Source: Bispira polyomma (Eukaryota). Taken from it: DNA of 64,000 nucleotides. The DNA lies in NCBI GenBank assembly GCA_965649765.1, contig OZ287755.1, positions 63,860,001 through 63,924,000 of the forward strand, given 5' to 3'. Position numbers and translations under genes: made by a program. The notes beneath the pieces are model-generated. The model searched no databases. It worked only from the letters and a program-made list of their open reading frames with translations, and was not told the DNA's origin. How positions within the stretch are numbered: position 1 is the stretch's first letter; every line of letters starts with the position of its first letter. This document shows positions 27,421-40,336 of the stretch, in pieces.

Positions 27421-30400
27421 TCAAAAGATAGCAAATACAACTAACAGGTCAGCTTTTACTAATCCTAAAAAACAAAAACAATTAAGAATACTATACTAAC
27501 AATGAATCTATAAACTTTTTGTGTACAAATAGTAATTGTTAGTTGCAAGTTTTGTACAATATATAATTAGAATAGTATATAAAATTGTGGAGGTAAATTG
27601 ACACATCCATACACAACTACAACTATATATATACATATATAAGTGTGTCACAGAATAAGCTGGCATTGGTTTCAGATAAAAATAACATCATCAAATGAAG
27701 CTAGGAAAATCTAAATTTTCGGGGATTTATCTGGAAAACTTTATCATGTTAGAAAATTATATGCAAATTTTATGTATAGTGGAGGCGATTATTTATATTA
27801 TAGCTTTTCTATACATTATGCCATTTTTGTCGAGTTGGCAACACATTCAAATTTTAATGCACATAACCTAGGTTTGATTCCACTTGTCAATCCAAAGAAT
27901 TTCCTTTTTTCTGTGTCAAACTAAGGGATATGACAGTTTCAGGTGCGGTTGGCTGGTTTTGTGCAAGGTTAATTGGCACTCTGAACAAAAAGTAATACTA
28001 GATACTGAGTATAAATTTGAATACAAGATAATACTGTTACTCTTCACATCTTTTCTGTTAGAGAATTATTTTACCAGAAAACGACTTTGCAGTTGGAGAC
28101 TCTGACACATAAAAAGCAGGCAATTCTTCCTTTTCTGCAGCAATCGCATCGTCACAAGGTGCATAGGAGTCTTGATAACTCCCATGATCAATGATGACCA
28201 TCCACAGAAGAGATTCACAGTATATGGAAGATGATGATGCACTTTTTAGGTAAAACGTCCGCTTTACTGCAGCATGGGGATCACTTAAATGAGGTAAGAG
28301 TGACAGTCATTCTAATGAACTTTGAACAGAGACAAATATCAAATAGGTGGTAGGTGTCTACTTTTAGCTCGGTAAATGACATTCGTAAATGGGGTTAAAG
28401 CATAAACTCAAACGAAAGAATTGTCCATCAACATACCATGATAGATATGTTTATTCCAGGCCAAGGACACATATAAAAGGTATGTAAAGAATTAAATCAA
28501 CAATGTATAATAAATGATATACAAATGCTCAGATACAAAGTAGCATGAATGAGCCAGATAAGTAAATACTAAAAATACTACAGTTGATAAAACTTTCATC
28601 CATATAATAAACTGAATATTTGTGACTCCCACCGTCTGCTTACAGAACATTCCAGTCCACAGAAAGTGCTCTCCTTTTCATCAGTGATGACATAAACCTT
28701 GCTTCGGATCAGGATGAAACTGTAGCCCTCACCCTTCTATATCTTTTGGCAGCTTTTGATACCATAAAACATGGTCTACTGTTCGACACCGTAAAACAGT
28801 GGTTTGGACTTGATGGCACTGTCCTTGTTTGGATTAGTTTCTATTACGCTCTCAGATCCCAAAAGATCAAACTGGATAATTACTTCCCATCCTCTTTCGA
28901 TCGACCTTTATTAGTACCCCAGGGGTCAGTCCTAGGGCCTTCATTTTGTACCCGCTTAGTGCAGTCATCAGTGCCCCGGGGTACCAAAGATATGAATTAA
29001 GTTATATGGACATAACAATTAAAGTGTAACACCATCAAAGACTTGCGGTTAAATTTATTTAGGTCTATGGTTTCTTATATACAGTTGTCGCATAAGGAGG
29101 GGGGCGTAAGGTCACCTCCAAGTCTGCTAGCTTGAATGAAGGTGTGTAAGGTCACCCTAAACCAAAGAAGAATGAGGGTGCCATATGGTCACCTTAACTT
29201 TAAGTTTAAGAATTACTAAAGGTGCCATGAGGTCACCTTAAATTAATTACTAAGAGTTGCGGTCAGACAACGCTGACCTTAAAATAGTTTGAATGTTGAA
29301 ATAGAGGTCAGACAATGCTGACCTTAAGTTTTAGTTAGGTAGGTCGCCTGTAAGGTGACCCTACCTTGAGTTTGAGATAATTGTAGATTTTGAGGGTATG
29401 CCACTTGAGTTTCAGAGGGCATACCATAAAGTATGTAATAAGTTCAAGCTAGACTAAGACTGTAAAAGAGTGCATTATGCACCCAGCAGTTAGGTCGACC
29501 TTATGCCCCCCGGACAGTCATTGCTCTGCACTGTCCACATTTAGACTTTATTATGGATTAATATATTATATTTTATTATATTTACAGCTGAGACATAAAG
29601 AGCAGTCCACCAAACCCAAGACCCTAGGAGTAGTGCTGAAGGGCCGACCTGAAGGAGTCCGCAACCTGAGAGCCAGCCTGAGCCGAATCAGTTATATACC
29701 TCCACACACAATCCGACATCCAGGTGCCATGTCGTTGAATGTCCTGTATGTTGACACTATTGTTAAAGGCAAACGTGGCACCTGAATGTCGGAAAGCATG
29801 GAAAGTAAGACTGGTCTGCCGGCAACCTGCAAGCCGCAAGACATTCTTCAGGTGACGCCTTACACGGGTGACAATAGTCACAATGTTAAACACCATATGC
29901 ATGCTGTTGGTGCTCAAATCTATCTCAGTTCACTTGCGAACTGCCTCTCCTTAGCAGAGACTTGAATGTCCTTGGTGTCACCATTGACATTCGTGAGATC
30001 AAAAGAATCAGAAATCATTTGTCACTAGATACTGCCATCACTGTGACGAACTCCCTTGTTAGCAACCACTTAGACTACTGCAATCCTCTTTTGCTTGAAG
30101 CAAAAAAGTCTCACATATACAAGTTGCAGTCTATTCAAAACCAGCTGTGCAGAGTTATCTTTCGTCTGGGTATCCGTACTGACGTCTCTCCATACATTAA
30201 CAAAATACATTGGATTCCCATTCACTATTGAACTCTCTTTAAAGTGTGAGTCACCAATTTCAAACCTGTCGTTTCTTAACAGCCCTCTTAAAACAAACTG
30301 AAAATTGATAAAACTGAATTCATTGTCATTAGTAACAAGAAACACGGTGAGTATTTAATATCATTATTCCCCATTACACTACTTGGCAATGATATTCAGC

Positions 30401-33400
30401 CCTCCGATACTGTCAAGAGCCTTGGTGTCACTATTGACACTCATGACATCAAAGGAATCAGAAATCATTTGTCACTACATCCTACAATCACTGTGGCTAA
30501 CTCCCTGGTTAGCACCTGTTTAGACTTCTGCAATTCCCTTTTGCTTGGAGCAAAAACGTCTCACATAGACAAGTTGCAATTTATTTAAAACTATCTGTGT
30601 CAAGTTATCTTTCATCTGGGTATCCATACTAATGTTTTGTCATACCCCAAAAAATTACATTGGCTTCCCATTCACTATCAAATTCTCTTTAAAGTGTGAG
30701 TTACCAATTTCAAACCCGTTATTTCTTAACAACTCTCTTACCTCGTTGCTCGCCTTTCCATCAGCAACCTTAAGAGGGGAAATAGACTTTCTGTTTTCTC
30801 TGTTAGACCCACCAGGAGAGCTGGCTCAAGAGTTTTCTCTACTGCCACCCTATGTTATAGAATGGTTTCCTAGTTGAGCTAAGATTCCTTGAAACACTAT
30901 CTGGGTTTAGAAAAAAGCTTAAAATCCATATTTTTAAACTCACCTACCCCCCATACTTTTCCCCCTGTACAGCCCTACATCCTTCTTTACGACCTTAGCT
31001 ATGCTTTTGGTTTTTTCTATTGGTTTACTGATTCTGTTGTTGCGATTTAGGAAATGCCTGGCATCAATAAAGCATGTTAAAAATTCAAAATCCAATATAA
31101 TACAACAGTTTCCAATCATCAAATTTAATTAGATGGAGCACCTGATAAAATTGTTGATTTACTGTGGAATGATAATCCTTGACTGTAATATGGCGCAGGA
31201 ATCTCTATATATCGCTGTTCGTCTAGTATTATAAACATCTACATTTTACACCATGTTTTTTTTTAGTTAAAAGTGACTTTAAAAATTGACTGTGGAGTGA
31301 GAATCCATAATTCAATCAGTTTATCTGCAAATGAGTTTCATTTCAAAAATACTAGTAATTATACTATCAGTTTGGGTTAAGATACTTAATAATGGAACCT
31401 GCCAGGTACAATGTTAGTAATATTTATTCTGTTTATAAATGCATTTGACATCTTAATACTTGAACATATTAAAGTGGTGTACAGCTAATGTATTGAAATC
31501 TAACTCTCTTCTCTTCACATGTATCTTTTGGGTCTCAACAGTATGTAATAATAGGTTGTTGACAGTGTTTTAAAATATACAAAATAAGGTTGAGTCACTA
31601 AATCTTCCAGTGTAAGGGTTACTGATATTGACATTGCTTTTAGGTATACTTAAATAATTGTTAGTTTTTTTTAAAATTTGGATATTTAACGTCCACTTTA
31701 GTACCTGTTCAGGTTATATTGGGACCGGTAGTTAGAAATGCTGGAGGAAACACTGCATACAGTTGATCAAGGTTCGGCACTGAAACCAGCAGCCCACAGT
31801 AAGGAACTACCACCTTTCCCAAATAGGCATCGACGGGATTCAAACTCACGCCGCCCAGAGGTGAGAGACCAGTGATTGTGAAGCGCAATGCTTGCTAACC
31901 ACTAGGCCACCGTGGCCCCAAAAATGATTGTTAGCAAATGATATATAGTTTAATGACACCCAATAGTAACTAACCCAGAAACCCCGGAATCTTCTGCCAA
32001 ACCATTATTAAATACATCATCCCAAACACTGCGTTCTATATGTGCGGATGGGTTGATCCAGGTCAGCTTATCTGTGCCTTCTGTATTAAATACTATAGCT
32101 CTTTCTTTACCGCCAATGTACATGGAGAGTTTTACCTTAAAATAAAGAAAATGTTGTAATTACACACATACAGTTGACCATGTGTAATTGGCAAAGGTTA
32201 TATATAGATTATACCTGTAAATTTTTAAGCTTAAAAGTATATGTGATTTATAATGGCTAAAAGGAAAGTAATCATTAGCTATATTAAAAGCAAAAACCAC
32301 ATAACGAAGGAATATTTGGATATAGATTTGATATTAAGTGCAATTATCTTTTCATTCCATTAAGTAGAAATGTCATGATGTAAAATATGCAATGATTTAT
32401 TATTTTTTACAGACATTTACAATGCAAATGAGATGTAATATTTATAAATAAACACAAAACTTTATTAATGACTGATCTGAATAACCTACCCGTTTAAAAC
32501 TTTCCCAACTGGTGTCTATCAGAGAACTTTTAAAAACACCAATTAGTCCAGGATCTGATAACCTTGACCTCCAATCTAAAACTTTGAAGGAACTGAAATC
32601 TGTCATCCGGGTCTCCTCCCAGAGATTATAGAGATTTTGACCGGTTCCTTGGGTACATCTGAAGACTGGTATCCATGTGTCTACTTCCTGTATCGTATGT
32701 CACAACATGATCAGCTCGTATCAAGACCAAATTCTCTGCCAAAGTGAACTTTTAATTTTAAACTAAAATGCTTTAACAAATAGCTAAATAAAAATATTTA
32801 ATATTATACAAATTTGAATTAAATCAGATTTTCTTAAAATATATGTTTAACTGAAATTAGAAACAAAAACAAAGTTGATATTCACACTGTGGTATACTGC
32901 AACTACTATATTGTAATATTAGTTAGATAAGAACAAGATTGTTTGCAATGTAAATGAATGTAAGGAGAAAGCAGTTTCTTTTTCAGAATAACCAGAATTA
33001 GATGTACAAAATATATACCCGATACTATGCATTGGCAATAGTCCCACCCATTGCAACATAATTATTAAAAACAAACCTTTAGAGTGGAGGTTGGAAGTCT
33101 GGTACTGGTACGTGGTGGTGTTAAATCAGGCCCTCGAAGAGTTGCATTGTCAACCAAATCTCCTGCAACAACATTTACTGATATTGTTGGTTTGGCAGAT
33201 CGTGTGGTAACCACAATGCCTTTTGTTGTAGACCCAGTTGTTGACTGTATTATGTCAGCACCAACTTTATTAAATAGAGTTGTCTGTTCGGCCACAGCTG
33301 CATTGTTTCCAGCACCATTTAGTACAGGCATATCTCGAATCAGTAGTATGCAGGTATGATTTTGCCGGGTATAGAATATGCCCAAGCACTTTTTTGTTCC

Positions 33401-33613
33401 AAAACTGCACTCTTTTGCACAACTAGTACGACTGACCGCTTTATATTCATGACACACATTTTGCTGAAGTACAATTTCCAAGACTTGTTTTTGGGCCTTG
33501 TATATTTCCCAATTAAAACCTTCCTCAAAGGTATAATAAACTTTCTCTTGATTTGATTCTTCTACAAAGAAATAGTTTGCCAGAAGAATTAAAAGAATTG
33601 GTGTCATACTCAT
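27421..33613 (-). CDS. Secreted PAN/apple-like protein, paralog B; exons 33613-33077, 32687-32490, 32135-31975, 28283-28075, 27464-27421 (382 aa)
   Basis: GT-AG introns with the same phases and exon 2-5 lengths (198,161,209,44 nt) as paralog A, and an open frame. Signal peptide MSMTPILLILLANYFF; CAKECS..KCLGIFY..HTCILL; Thr-rich stalk; ends ADLLVVFAIF*. Confidence 0.85.
28620..31100 (+). mobile_element. Decayed CR1/L2-type LINE, interrupted by a DIRS fragment and internally duplicated
   Basis: QSTESALL, LLYLLAAFDTIKH and PQGSVLGP motifs; resumes at ~29877 with HHMHAVGAQIYLS (decayed YADDTQIYL); ~320-bp duplication 29968-30290 vs 30420-30740; conserved 3' tail at 31040-31100. Confidence 0.85.
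28968..29875 (-). mobile_element. DIRS-order retrotransposon 3' fragment (tyrosine recombinase C-terminus + 3' repeat array)
   Basis: TFHAFRHSGATFAFN...IQRHGTWMSDCVWRYI contains the YR HxxR, H/W and Y residues; non-coding tail homologous to 40340-40860. Confidence 0.88.
31665..31919 (-). mobile_element. tRNA-derived SINE family 1 (in intron 3 of paralog B)
   Basis: Same ~245-bp body; A-rich tail; imperfect 13-bp TSD aaat(a/g)attgttag at 31652-31664 and 31922-31934. Confidence 0.9.
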
Positions 33614-34447
33614 ATCCTCAGATAACTAGTGAAATAAGCTCTTGAAAATTGTTACCTTTGTTGAAGGCTGTACTTTTACATAAGAACTCTATGCATCAAT
33701 GTCTTATACATATGTAAAAATATATAATTGAATGACCATTACAAATGACACCCATACCTCAAAACTTCCCACTTCTATTTAAATTAATCCTGCTTTATGC
33801 TGCAGTTTTATAGTCATTAGTAGTCGGTAGCATTGAGTGTCTTGGCCGGGTTATTAATGTTAAATGCAATGGAGATCTTGAAAATAATAAAGGACAGGAA
33901 TTATCTGAAGTACTATGCATGTCTATGTTACATTACAAATGATATAATGCTTTTGTGTCATTTCAGAAGGAAGCTATATATAGCCTTATCTAGAGAACTA
34001 ATGTTCTAAAAGAGTGATTTTTGTAAAGATACCTTTCAGACACAGTTAAATCTAAACATACTATCTCATGGTATTTTGGGTCTCAAAAGTATTAAACATT
34101 AAAAGTAATAAAATGTTAGTTGCTTCAGAGGTTTCCTTTCATACTTTAAGTATGGTCTATTTTTTACTTCAATGACGTTCAGAGAAATAGTAACTATGTC
34201 AAGTGAGGCTCTCTAATGCACAGGCAGGATGTCACAAATTTGTTCTGGAACTATCTAGGTCTTCTTGTTGTACAGTTCTATGACATGAGTGTTCAGTGGA
34301 AATTCAGAAATATCAGAGTATCGAATTGTCAGTAAAATTGGGCTAAAGATGTATGCTGCTATTTATATGGATGGAATATTCTAAGCCAGATTCATTGTAA
34401 ATTTAGTCTTCTACTGGCGTAAATGTGTTTTATTTCTACCGCTATCT

Positions 34448-34717
34448 GGGGCCGCGGTGGCCTAGTGGTTAGCAAGCATTGCGCTTCACAATCACTGGTC
34501 TCTCACCTCTGGGCAGCGTGAGTTCGAATCCCGTCGATGCCAATGTGGGAAAGGTGGTAGTTCCTTACTGTGGGCCGCTGGTTTCTCTGCAGAACCTTGA
34601 CTGACTGTATGCAGTGTTTCCTCCAGCGTTTCCAACTACCCGTCTCAATATAACCTACTAAAAGGTACTAGAGTGGACGCTAAATATCCAAATTCAAGCG
34701 TATTAAATTTAAGCGTA
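34448..34717 (+). mobile_element. tRNA-derived SINE family 1 with perfect TSD
   Basis: A box TGGCCTAGTGG, B box GAGTTCGAATCC; 14-bp TSD ttctaccgctatct at 34434-34447 and 34718-34731. Confidence 0.93.
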
Positions 34718-35165
34718 TTCTACCGCTATCTTTTTTAATATGTATAACCACGATAGTACAGCAAAGTACACCATATTACAGCAAAGTACATATAGTTCAA
34801 AAAGGTACACCATAGTACGGAAAAACCAAATGGTGGGTACTGATACTTACATATAACGTCTTATTCACCAAGTACCAAAGATTTAATGAGAAAAGATTTA
34901 GAAAAAATATAAACTAAGTAAAGCAGATGTAAATGATCACTGGTAATAACAAAACTCAATTCCAACTAATAAATTATCTTGCTTAATAGGTCCATACACA
35001 TTTAGATGTGGACTTGCTGTGTTATTGAGTTAATTATCCATGTATAGTAAGTCAATGCTCCACCCTAAAAATACATTTTACTACTGGCTCTCAATTTTGT
35101 ATTAAATGTGTACGCTTTTGCTATATTGTGTTTATTCTTTTAATTTACTGCTAGGCCCACAGTCT

Positions 35166-38100
35166 TCAGATGTTCGCAAATACCACCAACAAGTCAGCTT
35201 TTGTTAATTCTGCAAAATCAGAACATTAAAAATAATGTTATACTAACAATAAGTCTACAAACTATATGTACAAATTTTTATAGTTAGTTTCAACTTTTGT
35301 ACAATATATAACTTGACATTGTATAAAATTGTGGCGATAAATTGTCTTTTTTATATACAGCTATACATGACAGTAACTAAAATCAATTTACATATTTTAT
35401 TATTTTTATTATTGCTCTCTGAATATTCAGAGACATAAAATGTCACTACTGGCCCAGTCTAACCAACTATGGCCATGTCCAACCAATCCATGAAGACCTA
35501 GGGTTGATCCTAGGTAAACGGTGATATTTGGTGTCTTGGATTATTTAACATGTTGGTAGCCTGTTATTTTGTGCTACGTCCAAGTCGACTGCACAATACA
35601 ATTTAACAGTTTCACGTGCATTTCGGCTCTACCTGTGCAATAAAAGTAAGGTTAATTGATACCTAGAATCCTAAGCAAAAACCTAAATACAGAGTATAAA
35701 TTTCACTTAAGTGTCAGTGCTATATCTTATTTGTCAGATAATGTTTTACCAGAGAATGATGCTGCATTCGAAGACTCTGAAACATAAAACGCAGGCAATG
35801 CTTCCTCTTGGGCAGCAATCTCATCATCGCATGGCAAAAAGGAGTCTTGACGACTGCCATGATCAAGGATGACCATCCACAGCAAAGATTCACAGCGCAT
35901 GGAAGGGGATGATGTACTTTTTAAGTAAAATGTCCGCTTTGCTGGAGCAGTGGGATCCCTTAAATATGATTAGACTATCAGTCAGTACAAACTAATGGCA
36001 TTTCAAGAAACAGAGCTATCCACTGGTTGGTAAAGGACTAAAAAATTACACTATATCTACATACTATTTTAAACATTGCAACATGTCAAAACCAAAGTTC
36101 AAACTATTTAAATTTTTCAACATATCATTTGTGAGTTTGATGTATGCTCTTCCAAAATTTATTATCTGACTTTTGACTTAACAAGATATAAGTATTCAGG
36201 AAATACAATATTCTTTTTCTCATTTTATTTCTTAATCAAAAAAAGTAATTAATGGTTTCAAATATATCATCATCAGCTGATTGAATACCAAAAAGAATCT
36301 CACAAACAGTACAATGGATCTTAATTTTCAAGATTCTATTTAACCAATCTGACAGTTTGTCCCAAAACTGAAAACTGTCAATTTGATGTACAAATAATTG
36401 GCTTTCTTTGGTAAATGGAACTGAACATGACTCAGAAGAAAGAACTGTCCAACAACATACCAATATACCCATGGCTCCAGACCCATATTAAAACATGAAA
36501 AAACTAAATCAACAATATATATACAGTATACAAAATACCCAAATGTATATATAGCATAAAATTTTTTAAAAAGATGGATAAAATGCTAGAAATGCTACAG
36601 AGGCTAAAATGGTAGCTATTATCTGGACAATAAACTGAATATTTGTAGATAATAGCTTTATTTAAACCATGGGAATTTTCTGTCCCTCAATCAGCTTACA
36701 TTATTATTCATTTAAATAATTACCAATGAGTAAATTAAATTACAACTGCTAGATGGTATACATGGAACCTGTGGTAAAATTCTTGTTTTACCATTGATTG
36801 ATATTTTTCCTATTTAGTGATATCACAATAACTAACCTAGAAACAGAGGAATCTTCTGTCAAACCATCAGTTAATACATCATCCCAAACACTACTTTCGA
36901 TATGTGAGGATGGGCTGATCCAGTTCAGTTTGTCAGTACCTTCTGTGTTAAATACTATCGAAAGTTCTTTACCATCACTGTACATGGACAATTTTACCTA
37001 AAAACAACAACATGGTAATACGTTTCATAGATTTTTTCCCATGATAAAGTGTTACTAATATTATGGCAGTTTTGTTGAAGATGCCTACCACTTTTTTTCT
37101 AAAAAATTACAATATAGCATAGCTACCGTCAATTCTAAATACTACTAAATACTAAATCTAAACATTACTACGACTGGTTAAGCCTGAAACCAATCAAAAA
37201 GTATCTTATATTCACAGAAAGCACAAGCTTTTATCAATTTTACCATGATTTTTCTGTCACTTCTGAAAGTCATGAGCACAATTGTGTTGTTGATATGACT
37301 TGATTTAAACAACAAATATTTGATAGTACAGTATATAGTTACTAAAATAAAAAACCTATCAGTGTGTATTTTTTGGTACCAAAAGCAGTAATAAACACTT
37401 AAATAAACACAAAATTTGGACAAAGTTGATCATAGTAACTTACCTGTTTAAATCTTTCCCAACTGGTGTCTATCGAAGAACTTTTATAGACACCATCGAA
37501 CCTTGGATCTAATAATCTTGAATTCCAACCAGAATCCTGAAAGGAACTGAAATCTCTCATCCGGGTCTCCTCCCAGAGATTATAGAGGTTTTGACCGGTT
37601 CCTGGGGTACATCTGAAGACTGGTGTCCATCTGTCTACTTCCTGTATCATATATGTAACAAAATCCACTCATTACAAGACCAAAATCTGGGTTTAAGTGA
37701 ACTGTTAAGTAATTAGTATTTTAAAAATATTATAGCAAATTTACAGACTAATAAATAATTGAAAACTTATGTATATTCTTAATGAAAGTATTAGCTACAC
37801 AATTTTTAATTAAATGTTAAAGATATAAGAAAAAACGGGTGCTAAATTTAAATGAAAAATAATATTTTAATCACTGAACCACATCAAATCAAAGGCCATT
37901 TTGCGAAAGTTTGTAACCAAAGTTGTAACAATCATTTGTGTATAATGTCTTTTGTTATAATCTGTAAGATTATATTTCATTATACTACATGAACCTAATT
38001 CTATTCATCATATTAACTCAATTTTTCATATCAGAAAGGAATTATTGTCTTTTCCCTTATACATCAACCATAAAAAATTGAGGTATTTCTATTCTTTTCT

Positions 38101-39059
38101 AGATTTTGTTTTCTTTTATCAAGATATAAAGATTTCCGTGTGCAATGTCACCAGACCTTTACCCTATTGGAAATGTTTAGGCCATAATTGGAAATAAAGT
38201 CAGACAGCAAAATCCACCCATTTGATCTGGGATGGATGGGAGAATCTTGACCGTAAGTATTCCAAACGCTGTTCTGTGCTTGTAATTTTAAATTTCATTC
38301 CCATCACAGGTGAATCAAAAATAGCTTAGAAAAGTATATATTCATAGAATTGCATATCAAAACAATTTTTATTTTTCACAAATTTAAAATTTCCAACCAT
38401 TGTATTTCACCAATGCCTTATTTTGTGTTAATGAGATTCTTTCGGAAACATACTCTTGTTCATAATGTCTATTATTTACTTACAAATAAGGTTGGTAACA
38501 TTGTGGGAACATCATTCAACGCCCCTTTTGACAATTGACTGGTGCTTATGTCCTTCACCTCTATAGTGGAAATTTCCTCTGTGCTGGATATCACTCCTGT
38601 GGTGCAAATTTCCGCTGTACAGACATCACTTGTGACTGGAATATATGTGTCGCTGTAAGCATACTCAGTCTCACCGAGGTCAATGTTTTTCCGTAAGCCG
38701 CTAGATATATTCTTTCTGAAATCACTGATGACTCTTAGAGTTGGAATAAGTCCCTCTGTAACCATCTCCTCGGGAAGCTGGAGCAACATACAGCAAGTTT
38801 TATTGGCTCCGTAGAAAATAGTTTCAAAGCAGTATTTTCTGTTGATGCTGCAACTGTATGAACAACTCACCTTAGTTTTGGTTCTATATATGTAGTAACT
38901 ATTGTTGAGAAGCAGAGGTGCTGCAGGAACTCTTTTGACTTTATACAGCTGCCAGTTATGGCCACTGTCATATCTATAAAACACCCTGACTTTCTCTTCT
39001 AGACTGGTAGAGATTTCAAATGTAAGGCTCAGTAATAACATACTCCACAATATTGACAT
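35166..39059 (-). CDS. Secreted PAN/apple-like protein, paralog A; exons 39059-38484, 37641-37444, 36997-36837, 35958-35750, 35209-35166 (395 aa)
   Basis: All introns GT-AG with compatible phases (0,0,2,1) giving one open frame. Signal peptide MSILWSMLLLSLTF; Cys pattern CSYSCS..YCFETIFY..TCCML; T/S-rich linker; C-terminal domain WTPVFRCTPGTGQNLYNLW...VKLSMY...KRTFYL...WMVILD...ADLLVVFANI*. Exon 2-5 sizes identical to paralog B. Confidence 0.85.
36060..36480 (-). mobile_element. L1/Tx1-like LINE 3' fragment in intron 3 of paralog A
   Basis: FWDKLSDWLNRILKIKIHCTVCEILFGI...TINYF resembles the ORF2 C-terminus downstream of zf-RVT. Confidence 0.55.
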
Positions 39060-40336
39060 AGTTCAGGAAATTACTAAATATAATTTTAATTTTAGCCTAA
39101 AACAACAGCATATATTTGATAACAGGTTTATAGTTCAAAACGTAATATCAGTTACCATAAGTCACTGTAATATGCTGTAAATATGCTTCCTGACACATGT
39201 TTTGCACTTCCAGTAATTAATGTAACTATATAAATAAAAATGAATTAAATTGAATGCCAATATTTCACATTGAGAGCATATGCTGGTAATTCTAAAGTTT
39301 CAACCTATATGGCTGTATATGAATCAGTTCAAAGAAGAATACGAGTGACTCATTATTACAATAAAACCTTCCTGCTGAACTAAAAATATAAACAAGTTAA
39401 TTGTACCATTGTTAGAGTCTAACGATTTAATGATTCTTTTCTCTAATGGCCACTTGTCTCCACATAAGACAGGAACTGTATGGAGCACATAGCATGCTAA
39501 TTTGTGTGACGAGTAAATGACAATGTACTTCCCTGGTATTGATTTAATAGCTTGCATAATCTGAAAGAATCTTAAATTTGATGTACAGCTAAATTATGAA
39601 AGGGTTAATCAATAATGACATTTTCAAATGATTTTTTTTGTTTTTAGTAATCACACTCAATGAAAATTATGGTGCAATTTTAGACACACTATAAGATATA
39701 TTCAGGCTTAGTGTTAATATTTAGTACAGTATGTCAATGAAGGTTATAGAAAGGCTGGCACAATAAGACTTGTTTTAGTGGATATACTGACCAATATAAA
39801 GTAACATCAAATAAAGGTTCTTTGTAAGGTTAACACTTACTCTTACTTGTTACAATGTTGTGGCCATATATTCATGTTTAGCAGTTCTAGTTTACAGGGT
39901 TTCTGTTTACTTAAAGTTTTCTGGTATCATAGTTTTCTCTAATGTCGCTAATGATGTTACATGTGATGGACATCATTTCATAACATGCGAACCATATTAC
40001 ATGTAATGGGCTTTAATTAGTTGACATCCTGACATGCAAAAAAAGCCGCTGTTGTAGTATCTTTCAAAGATTTTTTGTGGTATGTTGTGTTGGTATAGGG
40101 CACTTGATGTATGCTGTGCATTGTCTAAAGTATTCCACTATTGTTTTCTGGCTCTGACGTTACCTTACTTTTACCGATTGAAGCAGTCACAATTTTCTGC
40201 AGTTTAAGTTTTATTAAAAATATTTTTCCATTTCCAAAAGTGGTAGGCTTAAAATTGCTATTACAGGATCTATATTGTTAAATAACGAGATAATATAATT
40301 TTTGCTTGTTTGTGTCAAGTAACATAAATCTACCCC

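Noticed and set aside
29095-29510. CRISPR array
   Set aside because: Repeats are short, degenerate and change orientation. They lie in a eukaryotic retrotransposon tail with no cas genes.
34448-34545. tRNA gene
   Set aside because: The A/B boxes belong to a SINE head: multiple copies with a body, tail and TSD, and no complete cloverleaf.
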